From: a virus
Lineage: Duplodnaviria; Heunggongvirae; Uroviricota; Caudoviricetes; Herelleviridae
DNA: 61,208 bases
IMG/VR virus record: IMGVR_UViG_2706796076_000001
Reading direction: 5' to 3' (one strand)
The notes under the pieces were generated by a model. It did no database searches and was not told where the DNA came from. It was given only the letters and a program-made list of their open reading frames with translations. Positions 38,266-48,758 of this stretch are shown here, one piece after another. Position numbers and translations under genes: made by a program. Numbering within the stretch: the first letter of the stretch is position 1; every line of letters begins with the position of its first letter.

Positions 38266-41200
38266 ATGGTCGTAAATTTTAAAGTATCCCCTTACCTAGA
38301 TAGATTTGAACCATCTCAAAATAGAACCAGAGTCTTATTTAATCCTGATAGACCATTACAACAAGCAGAATTAAATGAGCTTCAATCTATTTCAACATAT
38401 TATCTTAAAAATTTAGGAGACTCTATATTTAAAGATGGTGACAAACAATCAGGATTAGGGTTCACATTAACAAATGAAAATATATTATCAGTTAATCCAG
38501 GTTACGTTTATTTAAACGGTAAAATTAGATACTATGATTCTGATGAGACAGTAAGATTAACTGGTGTAGGTAAAGAGTATGTAGGAATGAAAATAGAAGA
38601 GAGAATTATCACTCCAGATGAAGACTACTCTCTATTAGACCAAACAAGCGGTGTTCCTAGTTATTTCTCTAAAGGTGCTGACCGATTAGAAGAGAAAATT
38701 GTATTAACTCTAAATGACCCTACATCAGCTACTATATATACTTTTTTAGACGGTCAATTATTTGTTAAATCCAACAATCCAGAAATGGATAAAATAAATA
38801 AGGTATTGGCTGAACGTACTTATGATGAATCAGGTTCATATAAAGTTAATGGATTTGAATTATTTTCAGAAGGTAACGCTATAGATGATGCTCATGTATC
38901 TATCGTAGCAGACGCAGGTAAAGCGTACGTTAAAGGTTGGCAAGTAAATAAACCAACATCAACAAGATTAAATGTTGAGAAGTCATTTGATTTAGGTAAA
39001 GCTGAAAATGAAAGTACAATATTCAATAAATCTACTGGAAGTATTAGTTTAGCTAACTCTCCAGTTAAAGATATTAATAGAGTAACAGGTCAAGTATTAG
39101 TTGATAAAGAACGTGTAACAAGAGGTTCAACAGGAGATAGTTTAGATTACCTCTCAAATAATACAGCTTTTGAGGTAGTTAGAGTATGGACTGAGACATC
39201 ACCAGGACAAACAACTAAAGAGTATAAACAAGGTGAAGATTATAGATTAGTTGACGGACAATCTATTGACTGGTCTCCAGGAGGTTCTGAACCTAACGGA
39301 GGTACAAGTTATTACGTATCTTATAAATACAACAAGAAAATGGAACAAGGAACAGATTTTACAGTTACAACACAAGGTGAAGGTCTAGGAGAAAAATGGT
39401 TTATTAATTTTGATACTTCAGGAGGAGTTAAACCTACAGACCAGTCTGTAGTGTTAGTAGATTACACGTATTACTTAGCACGTAAAGATGCAGTTGTGTT
39501 AGACCGTTTTGGAGAAATTACAACTGTTAAAGGTGAACCTAACATTATGCGACTAGTAATGCCACCGACAGCTACAGACCCTGAAGTCTTACAATTAGGT
39601 ACAGTAACAGTATTACCTAATTCAGATTCAGCTGAATGTTTAACTTATGCAGTAACGAGACTTTCTATGGAAGACTTGCAAAATGTTAAAACTAGAGTTG
39701 AAAATTTAGAGTATAACCAAGCTGTAAATGCACTGGATGATGAAGCTATGGAAGGTCAAAATCCTCTAACATTACGTTCAGTATTTAGTGAAGGTTTTAT
39801 TTCTTTAGATAAAGCCGATATTACTCACCCAGATTTTGGGGTATCCTTTAGTTTTGAAGACGCAGAAGCTACATTGTCATATACAGAACAGGTTAATCAA
39901 CCTACTATTTTAGATAGTTCTACAGCTAAGATATGGGGTAGATTAATCACAGCACCTTTTACAGAAGAAGCTACAATAAGACAGCCACAAGCTTCAGAAA
40001 CACTAAATGTCAATCCATATAACATACCAAACAAACAAGGTGTAATGAAAATTAAACCTAGTGAGGATAACTGGATAGAACAAGAAAATGTTACTATTAC
40101 TAAACATAAAACTAAAAAGTATACAATGCACAGATTCTGGAGACATGGTGGAACTAACTATAATGAAACAGAACATTATTTATACTCTAACTTGCAATTA
40201 GATAAAGGTCAAAAATGGGCTGGAAAATCATGGGCTTACGATGTAAAACATGGTAGAACTGGTACTATTTTAGAATCTGGTGGAAGAAAAACACTAGAAG
40301 AAATGATTGAATTCATCAGACAAAAAGATGTAACGTTTACTGTTAAAGGTTTAAGTCCTAATGATAATAACCTATACCTATTGTTTGATGGTGTTAGGGC
40401 TCCTATTACCCCAGCATCAGGATATAGAAAAGGTTCAGAACCAGGAACTATTATGTCAGATGCTAAAGGAACAGCTAAAGGTACATTTACAATACCTCCA
40501 GGTATACGTTGTGGTAATAGAGAGGTAACATTAAAAAATGAAAACTCTACAAGTACAGCTACTTACTCAGCACACGGTCGTAAAAAGACAACAACTGAGA
40601 TTATATTTAAAACAAGAGTAACTGTTAATTTAGTAGACCCACTAGCACAATCATTCCAATACGATGAAAATAGAACAATCACATCTGTAGGGTTACACTT
40701 TGCAAGTAAAGGTGATAGAAATTCAAATGTAGTTGTTCAAATTAGAGGAATGGGAGACCAAGGTTTTCCTAATAAAACAGTTTATGCTGAAACAGTTCTA
40801 AATGCAGACGATATTAAAGTATCAAATAATGCAAGTGCTGAAACTAGAGTATACTTTGAAGACCCTATGATGGCTGAAGCAGGTAAAGAGTATGCAATTG
40901 TTATTATTACTGAAAATAGTGACTATACAATGTGGGTAGGTACTAGAACAAAACCTAAAATAGATAAACCTAATGAAGTAATTTCTGGAAACCCTTATGT
41001 ACAAGGTGTTCTATTTAGTTCATCAAATGCTAGTACATGGACTCCACATCAAAACTCAGACCTTAAATTCAATGTTTATACAGCTAAATTTAATAAAATA
41101 GCAACAATTGAATTCGACCCTATTAAAAAGGTTAAAGGTGACCGTATTGTATTAATGTCAACTTACTTAACTCCAGACAATACAGGTTGTAGTTGGGAAT

Positions 41201-41721
41201 GTAAAATCATTTTTGATAATATGAGTAATGATGTAACATTTGATAGCTTACAATGGCAACCTATAGGAAACTATCAAGATATAGACTTATCAGCAGTAGC
41301 TAGAGAAGTAAAACTTAAAGCTACATTTGATTCAAATAAATATATCTCACCATTCATGACAGTAAGTGATTTAACATTTACTACTTTCTTAACACAATTG
41401 TCAGGTTCTTATATTGGAAGAGCTATTGATATGTCTGAAGCACCATATAATACTATTAGATTTAGTTATGAAGCGTTCTTACCTAAAGGAACAAAAGTAG
41501 TACCTAAATATTCTAGTGATAATGGTAAAACATGGAAAACTTTAAGTAGTAGACCTCAAGTTAAACAAAGCAATAATGAATTCTACAGATATACAATAGA
41601 TGAGAAAGTTAAAGATAAAGGTACTAATACACAATTACAAGTACGATTAGACCTTTCAACAGAGAATAGTTTCTTAAGACCTAGAGTTAGACGACTAATG
41701 GTTACAACTAGAAATGAGTAA
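38266..41721 (+). CDS. Adsorption-associated tail/baseplate protein (DUF4815-like)
   Basis: 1151 aa; SPYLDRF...RPLQQAELNELQS start. Confidence 0.85.
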   Translation: MVVNFKVSPYLDRFEPSQNRTRVLFNPDRPLQQAELNELQSISTYYLKNLGDSIFKDGDKQSGLGFTLTNENILSVNPGYVYLNGKIRYYDSDETVRLTGVGKEYVGMKIEERIITPDEDYSLLDQTSGVPSYFSKGADRLEEKIVLTLNDPTSATIYTFLDGQLFVKSNNPEMDKINKVLAERTYDESGSYKVNGFELFSEGNAIDDAHVSIVADAGKAYVKGWQVNKPTSTRLNVEKSFDLGKAENESTIFNKSTGSISLANSPVKDINRVTGQVLVDKERVTRGSTGDSLDYLSNNTAFEVVRVWTETSPGQTTKEYKQGEDYRLVDGQSIDWSPGGSEPNGGTSYYVSYKYNKKMEQGTDFTVTTQGEGLGEKWFINFDTSGGVKPTDQSVVLVDYTYYLARKDAVVLDRFGEITTVKGEPNIMRLVMPPTATDPEVLQLGTVTVLPNSDSAECLTYAVTRLSMEDLQNVKTRVENLEYNQAVNALDDEAMEGQNPLTLRSVFSEGFISLDKADITHPDFGVSFSFEDAEATLSYTEQVNQPTILDSSTAKIWGRLITAPFTEEATIRQPQASETLNVNPYNIPNKQGVMKIKPSEDNWIEQENVTITKHKTKKYTMHRFWRHGGTNYNETEHYLYSNLQLDKGQKWAGKSWAYDVKHGRTGTILESGGRKTLEEMIEFIRQKDVTFTVKGLSPNDNNLYLLFDGVRAPITPASGYRKGSEPGTIMSDAKGTAKGTFTIPPGIRCGNREVTLKNENSTSTATYSAHGRKKTTTEIIFKTRVTVNLVDPLAQSFQYDENRTITSVGLHFASKGDRNSNVVVQIRGMGDQGFPNKTVYAETVLNADDIKVSNNASAETRVYFEDPMMAEAGKEYAIVIITENSDYTMWVGTRTKPKIDKPNEVISGNPYVQGVLFSSSNASTWTPHQNSDLKFNVYTAKFNKIATIEFDPIKKVKGDRIVLMSTYLTPDNTGCSWECKIIFDNMSNDVTFDSLQWQPIGNYQDIDLSAVAREVKLKATFDSNKYISPFMTVSDLTFTTFLTQLSGSYIGRAIDMSEAPYNTIRFSYEAFLPKGTKVVPKYSSDNGKTWKTLSSRPQVKQSNNEFYRYTIDEKVKDKGTNTQLQVRLDLSTENSFLRPRVRRLMVTTRNE

Positions 41722-41727
41722 CTTATA

Positions 41728-41752
41728 AAAGGAAGGGTAAAACCTTCCTTTC
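41728..41752 (+). terminator. Terminator-like hairpin
   Basis: AAAGGAAGG-gtaaaa-CCTTCCTTT. Confidence 0.65.
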
Positions 41753-41780
41753 TATACATATAAAAAAGGAAGTGGTTATA

Positions 41781-41933
41781 GTGCCTAAAGAATATAGAGA
41801 CCCTTATTCACAGGCTAAAATATTTGTACCTACACATGAAGAGATTAGAATTAAATCTTTAGAAAAAGAATTAGAAGAGAAATTAAAAAAAGCAGATATG
41901 TTATTAAATAAACTACAAGAGAAAGGAAATTAG
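41781..41933 (+). CDS. 50-aa coiled-coil protein (GTG start; absent from ORF track)
   Basis: AGGAAGTGG RBS; MPKEYRDPYSQAKIFVPTHEE...; syntenic with the small K-like gene before the fibre genes. Confidence 0.75.
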   Translation: MPKEYRDPYSQAKIFVPTHEEIRIKSLEKELEEKLKKADMLLNKLQEKGN

Positions 41934-41938
41934 ATTAA

Positions 41939-43867
41939 ATGGCTTTTTCTTATACAGACTTAAAAGAAACAGATAGATTAAAAGACCTTTATCCTAAAGT
42001 AAATGATATAGGACATTATTTAATAGGATTAGAAGAAAATATAGAAGGCACAGGTAATATAGAAACTTATGATAGTGTTGATTTTAATAATGTTACAAGT
42101 AAAGTTAGTAAAAGTGGTACTTATTACTTTACTAGAACAACTAATCAACCTGAAGATGTAAATCACAATGGGTATGTTGTTTTATATGTTAGAAATAAAA
42201 GTTTTTACAAAATTTATTTCTCTCCTTTTAACACAAATGAATTATATGTTAAAACGAATAATAATGGAACCTTAACTGACTGGAGTAAATTCAAGTTGGA
42301 AGATGATGATTTCTTTGATGAAGGAAACACAGTAGACATTAAAAGATTAGATAAATCGACAACACAATTTGCAACACTTTTAAATCCACCTAAAGAAGAT
42401 TTAAACACAGGTTGGTTAGATTACAAAGAAAGTAAAGAAGGTAAATCAGCTATATTAGAATTTAATCCTATTAACTCTACTTCCACGTTTACAAAGATGA
42501 GAAGACTTCCTGAACAGGAACAAAATAATAACTTATTAAGAGATAGTTTATTTGTTCATCCTGAAACGGATTATCATAATGTAAAAACAGATAATTGGGA
42601 AAACCCTCCTTTTTGGGGCTATTCAGATAATGCTAAAAAATCAAGCATAAAATTTAGAGGAGAAAATGTTGTACAAGTAGATGATGGTTCTAATAAATAC
42701 CCTACTGTAATGTCTAAGAGATTTAAAATGGGTAAGCAATTATCGGTAGGAGATACTGTAACAGTATCTGTTTATTTGAAAGTAAATGACCCTTCTTTAT
42801 TTAAAGATAATCTAGCATATTTTGAATTAGCAGGGTATGATGATGTAGATACTTCTATTAATCCATATACAGGCGGTAGAAGAGAGGTAACAGCAGATGA
42901 GTTATCTACTGAATGGAAGAAATACTCTTTTACTTTTTCTATACCAGAGTACACACAAGGTGCTTCAGGTGTTAAAACAAATTATGTATCGTTATTATTA
43001 CGTATGAATTGTAGTAAATCAGGTACTAATAACGGTGCAATTGTTTACTATGCTATGCCTAAATTAGAAAAAGGTAGTAAAGTAACACCATTCATAACAC
43101 ACGAAAAAGATGTTAAACAGTACGATGAAATATGGACTAATTGGAATGAACTTGTACCTAAAGATAGACTTAAAAATTATACCACAGTAGATACTGACAA
43201 TGATAGTTATTTTAAATATAGATTTTGGAAAGACGAAGTAGGGGATACCTCATTCAAAGACTTATTATTAGGACTACCACAAGGACTCCATACTATATAT
43301 GCTCAGAACGGAATTAAAGATTTACCAGGAACAGAATCATTAAGAGGGACAGTATTAGTAGATTACAGTAAAGGTGATTTAACTAATAGTAATAAATTTA
43401 TTACTTCTAACCTAATGACATTAAGTGGTAGGACTTATAAGTTAACTTTTAATGGTACTACATGGAATGTACCACTAGGAACAGAAAACAGCTTCTTACT
43501 GTGGACTGGGGAAGCAGACTTATCAGATTCTAGTATTAATATGACTTTTAAAGATTCAATTAAAAATTATGATTATGTAGAGATAACATTTTACTTTGAT
43601 GCATCAGGGTCTTATACTACAGAGAGATTAGACCTTACTGTTCCAGGATTATCAAACTTCTATATTAGAGGTATGAATTTAGCTAATAGTTCTACATCAA
43701 CAAGTATTGACTTTTATGAAGGAGAAATCGACTTGGTTTCAGACACTATGGCTAAACCAGCAATGTCTAAAAAAATTAAAATAAGAGACGGTGTATCTAG
43801 TGTAGAAGGTTTTAATACAAAAGGACATATAATAGTATACAATATTGTAGGTATTAAAAAATTATAG
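41939..43867 (+). CDS. Tail fibre/receptor-binding protein with carbohydrate-binding-like module
   Basis: 642 aa; LKETDRLKDLYPKVN N-terminus; EWKKYSFTF and MPKLEKGSKVTP are CBM-like. Confidence 0.78.
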   Translation: MAFSYTDLKETDRLKDLYPKVNDIGHYLIGLEENIEGTGNIETYDSVDFNNVTSKVSKSGTYYFTRTTNQPEDVNHNGYVVLYVRNKSFYKIYFSPFNTNELYVKTNNNGTLTDWSKFKLEDDDFFDEGNTVDIKRLDKSTTQFATLLNPPKEDLNTGWLDYKESKEGKSAILEFNPINSTSTFTKMRRLPEQEQNNNLLRDSLFVHPETDYHNVKTDNWENPPFWGYSDNAKKSSIKFRGENVVQVDDGSNKYPTVMSKRFKMGKQLSVGDTVTVSVYLKVNDPSLFKDNLAYFELAGYDDVDTSINPYTGGRREVTADELSTEWKKYSFTFSIPEYTQGASGVKTNYVSLLLRMNCSKSGTNNGAIVYYAMPKLEKGSKVTPFITHEKDVKQYDEIWTNWNELVPKDRLKNYTTVDTDNDSYFKYRFWKDEVGDTSFKDLLLGLPQGLHTIYAQNGIKDLPGTESLRGTVLVDYSKGDLTNSNKFITSNLMTLSGRTYKLTFNGTTWNVPLGTENSFLLWTGEADLSDSSINMTFKDSIKNYDYVEITFYFDASGSYTTERLDLTVPGLSNFYIRGMNLANSSTSTSIDFYEGEIDLVSDTMAKPAMSKKIKIRDGVSSVEGFNTKGHIIVYNIVGIKKL

Positions 43868-43879
43868 AGGTGAAAATAT

Positions 43880-44272
43880 ATGGGAATATACATTATTAAC
43901 AAAGAAGAGATTGTATTACATTTAGATGACAACGAAATTTTAGGATATACATTAGAAGGTGGGTATGACCCTTCAAGTATTAATAATGCTCTTTTAAAAC
44001 GAAGTCAATTACCAGAAAACTTCTTTAATGAATTCTCTTCAGGCAGGTTTGCATATTATAGAGATACAGATAAGGTAGAGTATAACCCTGATTATGTTCC
44101 AGTAAAAAGAAATGTAGAAGATGATGATGACGAGGACTCTTATAGTTCAGTACCTAATGGTTATGTTCCTAGAAAAGATTATGAAGAGTTAAAAAGTCAA
44201 TTAGATGAGATTAAGAAAACACAAGAACAAACATTAGAGTTATTAAAACAATTATTAGGACAGAAAGGGTAG
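43880..44272 (+). CDS. Fibre-associated small protein (DUF2977-like)
   Basis: 130 aa; ILGYTLEGG...EYNPDY pattern and C-terminal coil. Confidence 0.65.
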   Translation: MGIYIINKEEIVLHLDDNEILGYTLEGGYDPSSINNALLKRSQLPENFFNEFSSGRFAYYRDTDKVEYNPDYVPVKRNVEDDDDEDSYSSVPNGYVPRKDYEELKSQLDEIKKTQEQTLELLKQLLGQKG

Positions 44273-44278
44273 ATAGTA

Positions 44279-45649
44279 ATGTCCTTACAATTTACACAAA
44301 TAACAGATAAACATACATTGAAAGACTTAACAACTCAAGTTAATAATATTGGGATTGAGTTAACTAAGTCAGACAATATATTTGAAGTAACTGATGACTT
44401 AACCACAGACATTAATAAGTCACAGAAAGTTAAATTAACTAATGATTCAGGTGGAGCTAAAAGACCTAATAGTATTAGTTTCCTTCATGATATTAAAGAA
44501 CCTGGATATTATTATATCCATCAAAGTGTACTACAAAGAGTTCCTGACAGACCTACAGTAGCACCTCGTGATGCACTTTTAGTTGTATACCCAGTATATA
44601 CAACAGGTACAGCTGTAATTGTACAGCAGTTATATACTATTAGTTTCTCTGATACAGAATTAAGTTCGGTGTATAGATATGTTAATAATACAACAGCTTC
44701 TAACTGGCAACATAATGTGTTACTCCCAGGAAACAAAAGTAGAACATACGCTAACATGGATGTATTAGATATTGATACACCAGGAACACATTTTATATTC
44801 AGAGGCTCTAATTTACCTGTAAGAGCTGGTTCTGGTTTAATATCAGTTGTATCATCAGAATATTATGGAAAAGTATTTATTTATGTTGACAATGAAACTA
44901 ATAAGATATATACTAGTAATAGTAACGGTTCAGGTACATTAAATTGGAAATCACAAATAGAAGTAAAAGATTTAAAACCTTTTTTACTGTCCGATGTAGA
45001 TGATAACTTAGCTGTTAAAGGTACTAACATAGGTATTAAAGTATCAGATAATAAATCTTTTGGTAACTTTATACAAGATTACGTAACAAGAACTAATCAG
45101 CATGTTTTAACATTTTATTGTCAAGGTGGCGTAGTAGGAAACCCTGCGGGGTCAGATTCTTGTAGAGGGTTATTTATTTCTAGTGCTTCAGAAGATGATT
45201 TTGGATATGGTGTATATTATGCTATATCTAATGGTGGAAGGTTATATACAGGTACGGTAACGAATAGTAGTTGGAATGAATCTCAAAAGTATCCTATAAT
45301 GAAAGAATTATGGACTGGAACTCATAACTTTAAAGATACAAAGAAAAAAGAAAAAATGTCAGATAGCATAGACAATTATAATTATGTAGAGATATATACA
45401 AACTATAGAGCCTTACAAAATACAAAGGGAACAGATAAAACAGGTACTTTATGTCATAAGTTTTATGTCGATGGTGATGGTATCTATGTATGCTCAGGTT
45501 CTTATGTATCAGGAGACCCTGATAGAATAGGTGTAGAGTACTACCGAGTAACATTAACTATTTCAGGAGATACTTGGACTATTAAAGATAGTGCAGTAAA
45601 TAATAATAAAAATCAATACATTAAAAGAATAGTTGGATTATCTATTTAA
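44279..45649 (+). CDS. Receptor-binding protein
   Basis: 456 aa; last structural gene; ELWTG...SIDNYNYVEIY head domain. Confidence 0.8.
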   Translation: MSLQFTQITDKHTLKDLTTQVNNIGIELTKSDNIFEVTDDLTTDINKSQKVKLTNDSGGAKRPNSISFLHDIKEPGYYYIHQSVLQRVPDRPTVAPRDALLVVYPVYTTGTAVIVQQLYTISFSDTELSSVYRYVNNTTASNWQHNVLLPGNKSRTYANMDVLDIDTPGTHFIFRGSNLPVRAGSGLISVVSSEYYGKVFIYVDNETNKIYTSNSNGSGTLNWKSQIEVKDLKPFLLSDVDDNLAVKGTNIGIKVSDNKSFGNFIQDYVTRTNQHVLTFYCQGGVVGNPAGSDSCRGLFISSASEDDFGYGVYYAISNGGRLYTGTVTNSSWNESQKYPIMKELWTGTHNFKDTKKKEKMSDSIDNYNYVEIYTNYRALQNTKGTDKTGTLCHKFYVDGDGIYVCSGSYVSGDPDRIGVEYYRVTLTISGDTWTIKDSAVNNNKNQYIKRIVGLSI

Positions 45650-45677
45650 GACTAAGTTAAAAACTTAGTCTTTTTTT
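45648..45677 (+). terminator. Intrinsic terminator ending the structural module
   Basis: AAGACTAAGTT-aaa-AACTTAGTCTT followed by a T run. Confidence 0.85.
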
Positions 45678-45679
45678 AT

Positions 45680-45708
45680 TTGCAATTTATTACTATTTGT
45701 GCTATAAT
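45680..45708 (+). promoter_or_regulatory. Sigma70-type promoter of the replication module
   Basis: TTGCAA-N17-TATAAT. Confidence 0.75.
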
Positions 45709-45740
45709 AAAACAAGTGTAAGGTATGTGAGGAGATTAAT

Positions 45741-48700
45741 ATGAAATTACATGTTAAAAACTTATATACTTATATAGAATTTGAGGAGGGAGATAGTTAT
45801 TTAAAAGATATTATTTTAAAAAGGATGCACACAACATTAGGTGCAAGACAAGAAGGGTTTCAATATAGTCCAGCGTATAAAAGAGGTCAGTGGGATGGTT
45901 ATATAGATTTCTATGAGTACGATAGAGATAGATTCCCTACAGGACTACTATTTAAAGTACAAGAGTTACTAGGAGAGCTACAGTCTAGATACAATTTTCA
46001 ATATGGAATAACTGATGAACGTGATGAGAGTTTCTTAGCTGAAGAAGACATAGATAAGGAAATTAATTTACTAGATGATAATGTAGGTCAAATAACTTTA
46101 AGAGATTACCAATACGATGCTGTATTCAATAGTTTAACTTACTTTAATGGTATACTTCATATAAGTACAAACGGAGGTAAATGTATTTCTATGGATTCTA
46201 TGATTTTAACTACAGAAGGGTATAAGTCTCTTCAAGAGATTTTTGAAACTCAGGGAGTTAAAGTAGATAATAAAGAAAAAGTCATAGAATTAAAATACCC
46301 ATTAATAAATCGTTATGGTGAAGTTGAGTATACTAGTCATTTTACTAAGAATGGAGAAAAACCTACAAAGAGAATAAAAACTAATAAAGGTATTGAGTTA
46401 GTTAATACTTATAATCACCCCTTATTAGTTAGAGAGGGTTTTAATCTTAAATGGAAAAAAAGTGAAGATATTGAAGTCGGAGATATTTTAGTATCTAGAG
46501 TAGGAGACCGTCAATTTGGTAACAACAATACCGTAGAAAATGAAGAGGAAGCCTATGCATTAGGTTGTATGGTAGCTGACAGTTATTTAGGTTCTTACAG
46601 TCGTTTGTCATTTTCTAACGATAAAAAAGAGATACTAGATAAAGTTTCTAAATTCTGGAATACTTTCAGTAATAAGGAAGTTTATTATGATACACATAAA
46701 GAATCTAAAGGTATAACTATACACTTACATGATACAATAAAAACTAGGGAATTTCACGATAAATATAAAATTGAATATGGAGTAGCAAAAGATAAAAGAA
46801 TACCTAAGTGTATTATGGAAGCCCCTGAAAATATTCAATTAGCATTTGTAAGTGGTTACTTAGAATGTGAGTCCAGCATATCAGAAAAGAACTTAGAAGT
46901 TACGAGTGCTTCTAAAGATTTAATAAAAGACTTACAACTTATTCTTTCTAATATAGGGATTGTATCAACTAGTAAAGAAAAAGTAGTTAAAAAATACAAA
47001 CACAATAACTATTATAGACTTATAGTTAATAGAAAAGAATTAATTAAATTATTACCTTTATTAAGATTCGAAACACAACAAAGAAAAACTCAAAAAGAGA
47101 ACTTCCTATCTATTGGTACAAAAATTAAAAGTTCTTATGGAAACACTATAGAAGGGTCACGTTATTTACTAAAAAAATATAGAGATTCTTTAAATATAGA
47201 TAAAAAAGAATTTAGTAAGTATCTTTCAAGAGACACTATTACTATTGATAAACTTAGAGAAGTAGTAGCATTATACCCTGACGGAGATAAGGAAATTAAA
47301 GAACTTTTTGAAAGTATAACAGATAAGAATATCTATTACCAGAAAGTAGAACAAGTATTAGAAGAGGAGATTATACCTACATTCGATGTATGTATGCCAA
47401 AAACACATAGTTTTATTTCTAATACAGTTGTTAATCATAATACCGAGATTGCTAGTGGTATTATAGACCAACTATTACCTCAATTAGAAAGAGGAGAAAG
47501 AATAGCTTTCTTTACAGGTTCTACAGAAATTTTTCATCAATCAGCAGATAGATTAAAGCAAAGATTAAATATACCTATAGGTAAAGTAGGAGCAGGTCAA
47601 TTTAATATACAGCAAGTAACAGTTGTTATGGTACCTACACTTAACGCTAACCTTAAAGACCCTACACAAGGCGTTAAACTAACACCTAAACAGAATATAA
47701 GTAAGAAGATTGCTACTGAGTTTTTACCTAAGTTTGAAGGAGGTACAAACCAGAAGAAACTACTAGGTATGTTATTAGATAATTTTATACCAAAAACCAA
47801 AGTAGAACAAACGGTTAAAGATGAACTTATCGGTATTTATAAATCTTGTAAGAATGACAATGAAGTGCTTATGAGATTAAAAAATCATAACGCTAACTTT
47901 CAAAATATAGTAAGAAATAAGAATAAGAAAAAATATGATAAGTATCATCGTATGCGTGAGTTTTTAGATACTATAACGGTTATGCTTGTAGATGAAGCAC
48001 ATCACTCAAAATCAGATACTTGGTATAACAATTTAATGACTTGTGAAAATGCGTTATATAGAATAGCTTTAACAGGCTCCATTGATAAAAAAGATGAGCT
48101 TTTGTGGATGCGTATGCAAGGTTTATTCGGAGATGTTATATCTAGAGTAACGAATAAACAACTTATAGAAGAAGGTCATTCAGCTAAACCTACAATAAAT
48201 ATTATACCTATAGCCAACCCTAATGATATTGATAATATAGATGAGTATCGAGTTGCTTATGAGAAAGGTATAATAAATAATAATTTTAGGAATAAACTTA
48301 TTGCAAAATTAACAGAGAAGTGGTATAATGAGGACAAAGGGATACTTATTATAGTAAACTTTATAGACCATGGAAATAATATATCGGAATTACTAGATGG
48401 TTTAAATGTAGAACATTATTTTTTACATGGTGAAGTTGATTCTGAGATACGTAAACAAAAACTAAATGATATGCGTAGCGGTAAATTAAAAGTAATGATT
48501 GCTACAAGCTTAATAGATGAGGGTGTAGATATTTCAGGTATTAACTCACTTATACTAGGAGCAGGTGGTAAATCATTAAGACAAGTATTACAACGTGTAG
48601 GTCGTGCTTTACGTAAAAAGAAAGATGACAATACAACACAAATTTATGATTTTGCAGATATGACTAATAGATTTTTATTCCACCATTCAAAAGAGCGTGA

Positions 48701-48743
48701 GAAAATTTATAAGGAAGAAGAATTTGAAATTAGAAAAATGTAA
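45741..48743 (+). CDS. Superfamily 2 DNA helicase with intein (580 aa after protein splicing)
   Basis: LRDYQ, STNGGK|T, VDEAHH, LTGS and QRVGRALR motifs. Confidence 0.93.
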   Translation: MKLHVKNLYTYIEFEEGDSYLKDIILKRMHTTLGARQEGFQYSPAYKRGQWDGYIDFYEYDRDRFPTGLLFKVQELLGELQSRYNFQYGITDERDESFLAEEDIDKEINLLDDNVGQITLRDYQYDAVFNSLTYFNGILHISTNGGKCISMDSMILTTEGYKSLQEIFETQGVKVDNKEKVIELKYPLINRYGEVEYTSHFTKNGEKPTKRIKTNKGIELVNTYNHPLLVREGFNLKWKKSEDIEVGDILVSRVGDRQFGNNNTVENEEEAYALGCMVADSYLGSYSRLSFSNDKKEILDKVSKFWNTFSNKEVYYDTHKESKGITIHLHDTIKTREFHDKYKIEYGVAKDKRIPKCIMEAPENIQLAFVSGYLECESSISEKNLEVTSASKDLIKDLQLILSNIGIVSTSKEKVVKKYKHNNYYRLIVNRKELIKLLPLLRFETQQRKTQKENFLSIGTKIKSSYGNTIEGSRYLLKKYRDSLNIDKKEFSKYLSRDTITIDKLREVVALYPDGDKEIKELFESITDKNIYYQKVEQVLEEEIIPTFDVCMPKTHSFISNTVVNHNTEIASGIIDQLLPQLERGERIAFFTGSTEIFHQSADRLKQRLNIPIGKVGAGQFNIQQVTVVMVPTLNANLKDPTQGVKLTPKQNISKKIATEFLPKFEGGTNQKKLLGMLLDNFIPKTKVEQTVKDELIGIYKSCKNDNEVLMRLKNHNANFQNIVRNKNKKKYDKYHRMREFLDTITVMLVDEAHHSKSDTWYNNLMTCENALYRIALTGSIDKKDELLWMRMQGLFGDVISRVTNKQLIEEGHSAKPTINIIPIANPNDIDNIDEYRVAYEKGIINNNFRNKLIAKLTEKWYNEDKGILIIVNFIDHGNNISELLDGLNVEHYFLHGEVDSEIRKQKLNDMRSGKLKVMIATSLIDEGVDISGINSLILGAGGKSLRQVLQRVGRALRKKKDDNTTQIYDFADMTNRFLFHHSKEREKIYKEEEFEIRKM
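46182..47441 (+). mobile_element. 420-aa intein with LAGLIDADG homing endonuclease
   Basis: Starts with Cys (CISMDS), has the TYNHPL block B, LGCMVADS and VSGYLECES LAGLIDADG-like helices, and ends VVNHN followed by Thr. Confidence 0.93.
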
Positions 48744-48758
48744 GGAAGGATAAGTATT

